A stretch of 64,000 nt of DNA, taken from the NCBI GenBank assembly GCA_012295275.1, contig CM022671.1, forward strand, positions 21,824,001 through 21,888,000, written 5' to 3'. This DNA comes from Chrysomallon squamiferum. Lineage: Eukaryota > Animalia > Mollusca. A program made the position numbers and the translations under genes. Below the pieces are notes generated by a model, which did no database searches, was not told where the DNA came from, and worked only from the letters and a program-made list of their open reading frames with translations. Below, piece by piece: positions 57,936 to 64,000 of this stretch. The stretch's first letter is position 1. Every line of letters starts with the position of its first letter.

Positions 57936-59544
57936 AATACTAATAATAATGTTACTTCTACCACCAGGACGACAATTATTACTACCAAAACTAACGCATA
58001 AACATATTTGATTTTTTGTAAGTATAACTGTAGTAGTAGTAGTAGTATAGTAATTCACGACAACATTGTGGTTAAGCTTCCCAACACACTGAATAACACA
58101 AACGATTCTTTGTTGTCTAATGCGCGCTCGTTAGTCATTGGTCAATGCTAGTTGTCAGTCTTGGATGGCGGAGGGGTCAGTTGGTACAATTTGTCTGATG
58201 ACAAACTTGCAAGTCTTTGACCCCGCGTCAGTATTTCTTGCTAAAGGGAACAATGAATAAAAACACAAATCGTGTATCCGGTTTAAAGAGAATAAAAATC
58301 GTCATAAACATTAGTGATTGATCATTCAAATGGCTCTATCGTATTTCTTTCAGTAAAAATCATGGCTTATTTATTTATTTATATTTATTTATTTATTTAT
58401 ATTTTTTCTTTTCTTCTTCCTTTATTATCTTTCCTTTTCTTTCTTTCTTTGTTTTTTGTTGTTTGGTTGTTTTTTTTCGGGGTTTTTCAGCAGAAAATAG
58501 GAAGAATTTAATTCTGTTTCTTTTTATTCAAAAAAAAACCACCCGCTGTTCTGTCATTCAGGAAACACACACAAGTAGTAATAATAATCGAAGTTGTAGT
58601 AGTAGTAGTAGTATTAATAGTAATAATAGAAACTGTAGTAGTTGTTGTTGTAGTAATAATGATAGTTTCATGACGTTTTGTGACGTAGTTCTGAACATGG
58701 CTAGATTTCGTTTAACGTAGGCCTCTCCATCCGAGGATTTACGGTACTTTTTAAAAACAAGATAGTATGACGGAGTGTTTCACATAAACAGCCAATGAGA
58801 AAACACCATAGAAAAATAAAAAAATAAAAAAAAGTAAAACATCAGCGTCGACATGAATAAAAGGACAAAACGAACAACTTCGTGGCATGATTGCTTTCTG
58901 AATCGTCAGGTAAATTATACTTGATTTTGCTCTTTATTTCTACTCTGTTGTACGTTCACCCGCTATTCACTGTTCTAACGCATGCTCCGCGATTGGTACA
59001 TCAGAGGTCGAGTTATAATTATTAGATGTCTTTATGAAAATGAAATACTGTTATTGCATTCTTCATTTATTAATTCAAATTATTTGAGTAACTGGGTCTA
59101 AACTCATCAGCTCATTCACTTGGCTATTTTTTGAACAGGACCGGTTTTTCGAATCACTGACTACGGAAAGGTGCATATGAAAATGCCTTATAGCCTATCG
59201 CGTGTTGGTAAAGGGCCTTTTTATGCCTTAACGGTTTCGTTCTTGAAACATATCTACGACTCCATTCAACAGTTTGTTGTTTGTCGTTGTTTTTGTTGCT
59301 TGTTGTTTGTTTTTTTTTGTTTGTTTTTTTTTCTTATTTATTTATTTATTTATTTTGGAGAGTTTTTTTCGCAGGGATGTTTTGGATGTTGTTTTGGGTT
59401 TTTTTTTAATGTTGGTTTTCTTTTGTTTTTATTTTATTGATTACTTCTGTTTTATTTATTTATTTATTATTAATAAATTTATTGTTTTTTGTGTTTGGTT
59501 TCAATGGCTTTTTTTTTTACATAAATTTGTTTTCTTCCGCAGAC

Positions 59545-60150
59545 ATGAGAAGCTTTGCGTTCTGCCTTGTACTGCTGTTGTCGGTAGGGTGCGCCGTCAG
59601 CGATGACTTTTACCGGATAGGAATTTTACCGGACGAGACGACATGTTACAAAAATCGAACCATGTCACTCGTTTATTTCTACCTTGGAAATTTGACTGTG
59701 TCTCAAAACTGGAATAACCGTTCGGTGTGTAGCTGGCATTTTCATGTTTAATTCGTGAGTTTACGTTTGTTAGGTAACGAGTTTAAGTGTTTTGTACCGA
59801 TAACTCTTTAATCCAAATGTGAGGCAGACTGAAAATCTGTTGTCTGCCGACTGGGTTTGAGGCTCTGTGACAGTTATGTTGGATTAAAGCTAATTTCACG
59901 CTGTACACTTTTATAATGAGAACATTGTGAGTCTGTGGGTGGTGAAGTTAAAGATACACAATAACGTAGGTCAAAAATGAAATCGGGTATGAATTAAGGA
60001 TAATCCTGTAAGAGCTATGAAAGTGAAAGATCCGTTGATATGTAAATAAGTATATATATATATATATATATATATAAAATCTTACTCCCTGATATCTCAT
60101 TAATTACATTTAAAACAAAAATGTGTTTCTATTTGTGTGTGTGTTGTATA

Positions 60151-60198
<48 letters not shown>

Positions 60199-60482
60199 TA
60201 TGTATGTATTATTATTGCGCTTGTGTATGTTATATTATATAATATATATATTATTTATTTATTTCTTTATTTACCTACTTACTATAACAGGTAAGATGTA
60301 CCAGTGAACCTAAGTTCAATTCCAAGGAAAATGTGTACGAATGGAGAAAAACCTGTCGAGTTAGCAGCCAGACAGGAACGTTTACTGTTAGAGACAGGGG
60401 CGGCTCGATCTGTTGGAGAAACTACGATTCAATTACATACGACAAGTGTATAAAAACATCACATAAGTGTGGGTTAATCTAA
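59545..60482 (+). CDS. Family gene E2, 123 aa; exons 59545-59724, 60291-60482
   Basis: Mature protein identical to E1 (signal differs I3S); part of a recent tandem duplication with about 5.5 kb offset. Confidence 0.82.
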
Positions 60483-60652
60483 GGCAAATGATTTAAACAT
60501 GCAAAAAAATAGAAAAATAATAATAATAATAACTGAAACAACGAAGAAACCTTTTTCCAAATGTTCCTTTGTTTATAGCAGCAATTAGAAAAATAAAACA
60601 AAATGTATGCATCCGTTTGTTTTATTTTTCTGTTTTTTTCTACTCTTCTGTA

Positions 60653-60791
<139 letters not shown>

Positions 60792-60943
60792 GTTTAAAAG
60801 AACGATACTTTTCTTTTAGATATGGTATGATGCATTAGAAATGTAACAGCACAAAGATAAAAGCTGTGATATTTATTCTAATTTTTTTATTTAAATAGAA
60901 CAAAGAGACTGAGTAAGGAGGTCATCGAGATCAACAGAGTCAG

Positions 60944-61058
<115 letters not shown>

Positions 61059-61570
61059 CTCCATAAAATTCACGAATTAAGAAAATTTCAAAAATCGGAA
61101 AAGAAACAATAATTTAATTCCTCAAAAGCGTATTATGTTTGGTGAACTAAATGTAAAAAAAAAAAAAAAAATGATACTGCTTGGTGTTAAATTATTAATG
61201 CAATTAATATGGGAAACCTTATCAAGTAATACGTTCGGACATACATATTTTATTGACAGGAATAGTAGTAAGCGGGAAAATTCTTTTTATTAATTCGCGA
61301 CAAAATATCAAATAAACAGATAAAAGACAGAGTAAAAATACTGATCAATATTTTCACAGAAATAGATAGGACTAGTGTATGCTAACGATCACACTGACAG
61401 AAATAAGTAGGACAGGTGACAAGTATACTGAGTAAATCCAACATGTTGTACAGTACTAAATTTCACATTAAACGAATAAATAAAATAAAAAAAAAAATAA
61501 TAATAATAAAAATTAAATTAAATTAAATTAAAAAAAAAAAAATAGAAAACAAAATTGGTTTTGTACAGAC

Positions 61571-61663
61571 ATGAAGAGCCTAGCACTGTATCTTGTGGTG
61601 CTGTTGTCGCTGGGGTTTGCCTTAAATCATGGACCACGCCCCGTTTACGAGAAAAAAAAATAA
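61571..61663 (+). pseudogene. F-type signal-peptide exon relic
   Basis: MKSLALYLVVLLSLGFALNHGPRPVYEKKK*; lacks the first Cys and a donor. Confidence 0.6.
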
Positions 61664-63338
61664 CAATCTATTTTGATCAAAAAGGAGCTGGATAAAAAGA
61701 GTATGGAATAATCGTTTTGTGAGTACAACAACAACTAATACTATCACTACAATTATGACTACTACTCCTACCAGTACATTTACTATACTACAATTACAAT
61801 TAAGCGAGACATGGAGAGAGTGGAAAACGTTTTGGTATTTTAACCTCTAATTCAAATAGAAATCGGAAAACAAACCCTTATAGTGGTTTAAATTTAACTT
61901 TCACTATTGAGGAGAAATTACAAATGTTTGAAATATCCTGATTTGTTATTTTCTTTTAATAGTTAGTGTTTAAAGACACACACCCAAACCGGCCCAACAA
62001 ACCCCGGGCTGGGGCAGGTTGGGTCACCCTTAGGGGGAAGCTAGGAGTATTGCATAATGCAGAATAAAAATAATCTCAAATATGCACAAAACACGTGATT
62101 TATTTCAAAAAAATTTGCGATGCAATTAACAACCATTTAAATTTAAGAAAATAAAAAATAAACCTCAGCTTAAAATCGCACAATGAAGGCAAAACCAAAA
62201 ATGGCTCTAAATGGACTGGAAAACAGTTTCATTTTTATAAAAATGCAAAATACGTGCGGAAATAAATTTAAAACATAATGACCCTACGAAGACTGGATAC
62301 ACTCTGAGGTAACTTGAGACAATATATTATACACAAGATAAGTACAAAACCAGAATGCACAAGCATAGCCAGAGCTACAACCTGTAAGGCATACGTTGAT
62401 GATTTCCATCCCATTTTCGGCCTATGTAGTTGGAAATGTCTTCTGTTTTGTTCAGCAATCCAACAGATCAATTTTCTTAGCGTCTTAGGATCCAATAGGA
62501 AGCCAATACGCGACGTTCTTAGTGTATTTTCAGTCAGTTTTTCTTCCTCTGCCTCTGTGGAACATGAAAAACAGCTGTTTTTCTCAGCGATGTTCCTCTA
62601 CAGCTTATTTTAAAATATCTGTTGACACCTGTCTTCGATTACTCTTCTTTTGGTATGTTCTCACCGTCTGTTTTTAAATAAATATATATATATATATGTA
62701 TGTATACATTTTAGTGTCCAGTTGACCATTTCACTGAGAAACTGAATTACTAAAACTGTACAAGAAAATGAATTTATAATAACACATATATTTAATGGTG
62801 TGCTCGAGGGCAGGTTGGGGGTGTGGTCCAACCTACCCCGGGAAGACCTGCCCCGGGTAGTGAGCTTTCGTTTTACTTTGAATTGATCGTTTCTGACCAG
62901 CAATTGCCAAGTCATTCAGATGTATTTAATATTTCTAAGTTTTTTTCACAATTCCATATAACAAAGATTACCTTTGAAAGCTAATAATCTTTAGCTATGT
63001 CTAAGAAGTTGTATGTTGCAAAAACAATCTTTTCAATGTCAAATCAGAACGTATTTGTTCGAGATCTTCATAACTCGTGCGTATCAATTAGCACTATAAC
63101 ATCGTGCTAGATCTAGCTTATCTTAAAACTATAAGTGGACAAAATATAAATCAAAATATATATTTTTTTTTGGGGGGGGAGAATTCCATATCAACTTTAA
63201 TTAACTTTGAAAGTAAATAATCTTTAGCTATGTGTAAGAAGTTGAATGACAAATTAGAAAGCATCTCTTGGACAACTTGAAAACTCGTGCCTATCAAATA
63301 GTACTATAACGTCAGTGCTAGATCCAGGTAAACTAAAA

Positions 63339-63431
<93 letters not shown>

Positions 63432-63893
63432 AAAAACATTAAAAGAAGGCATAGGAAAGGATATGTATGCACGTTGCATAAACAATTACTGATCCTTGGT
63501 GTTAGAGAATAACAGGATTAAGTTTACCAATAAGCGATACACTGATACAGAAAATAAAATAAATCACGACAAAACATCTAGTGAACATTTTCAAAAAAAA
63601 AAAAAAAACACCAAAACCCCCCAAAACAAGAAAATAAATATAATAAAATTAAATTAAAATTAAAAAAAAATTCCATAAATACAACAAAACAAAAAATTAA
63701 AAAATTAAAAATTAGAAATCAGAACAAACTACACAATATATATGTAGTAATATTTTGAATAACACGAAAGACAACGAAGAACGGAAATTAATAATTCCAG
63801 AACAACCAAGTAAGACAAACTTATTATTATTATTATTTTTTTTTTTTTTAAATCAAGGTAATCTGTTAAAAAGCAAAATTTGGTTTTGTGCAG

Positions 63894-63992
63894 ATATAGG
63901 AGAGCCTAGCAGTTTGTCTTGTGGTGATACTGTAGCTGGGGTAGGCAGTAAGATATCAAGGTAAAAATTGTAATGTCACGGAACCATGTCTA
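63894..63992 (+). pseudogene. F-type exon relic (ATG>ATA)
   Basis: gtgcag|atataggagagcctagcagtttgtcttgtgg...cacggaaccatgtct, homologous to 36902 and 57836. Confidence 0.55.
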
Positions 63993-64000
63993 ATAATACT

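Overview
AT-rich, microsatellite-laden animal genomic DNA, probably molluscan (inferred from a perlucin-like lectin; not proven). All real genes are intron-split, so the ORF track shows only fragments. From the left: three exons of a GUCD1 homologue (minus strand, 237-1322); a secreted single Ig V-type domain gene (3244-5728); a six-exon QPD-type C-type lectin (7092-11290). From about 12.6 kb to the window end there is a tandem array of a small secreted cysteine-framework protein family I do not recognise (123-129 aa, conserved six-Cys frame, tiny non-coding exon 1 plus two coding exons joined in phase 0). It has 8 apparently intact copies (my labels A, B1, B2, C1, D, C2, E1, E2) and about 10 orphan, inverted or decayed exon relics. 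Mature-protein codons have diverged far more than the adjacent introns and signal peptides, which suggests diversifying selection as in immune effectors, toxins or gamete-recognition proteins. The array is interleaved with segmental duplications carrying the lectin's last exon, a 37-bp minisatellite upstream of several promoters, inversions, a Tigger-like element, a solo LTR and a foldback element. Gene models were built by hand from splice signals and frame continuity; no database search was run.
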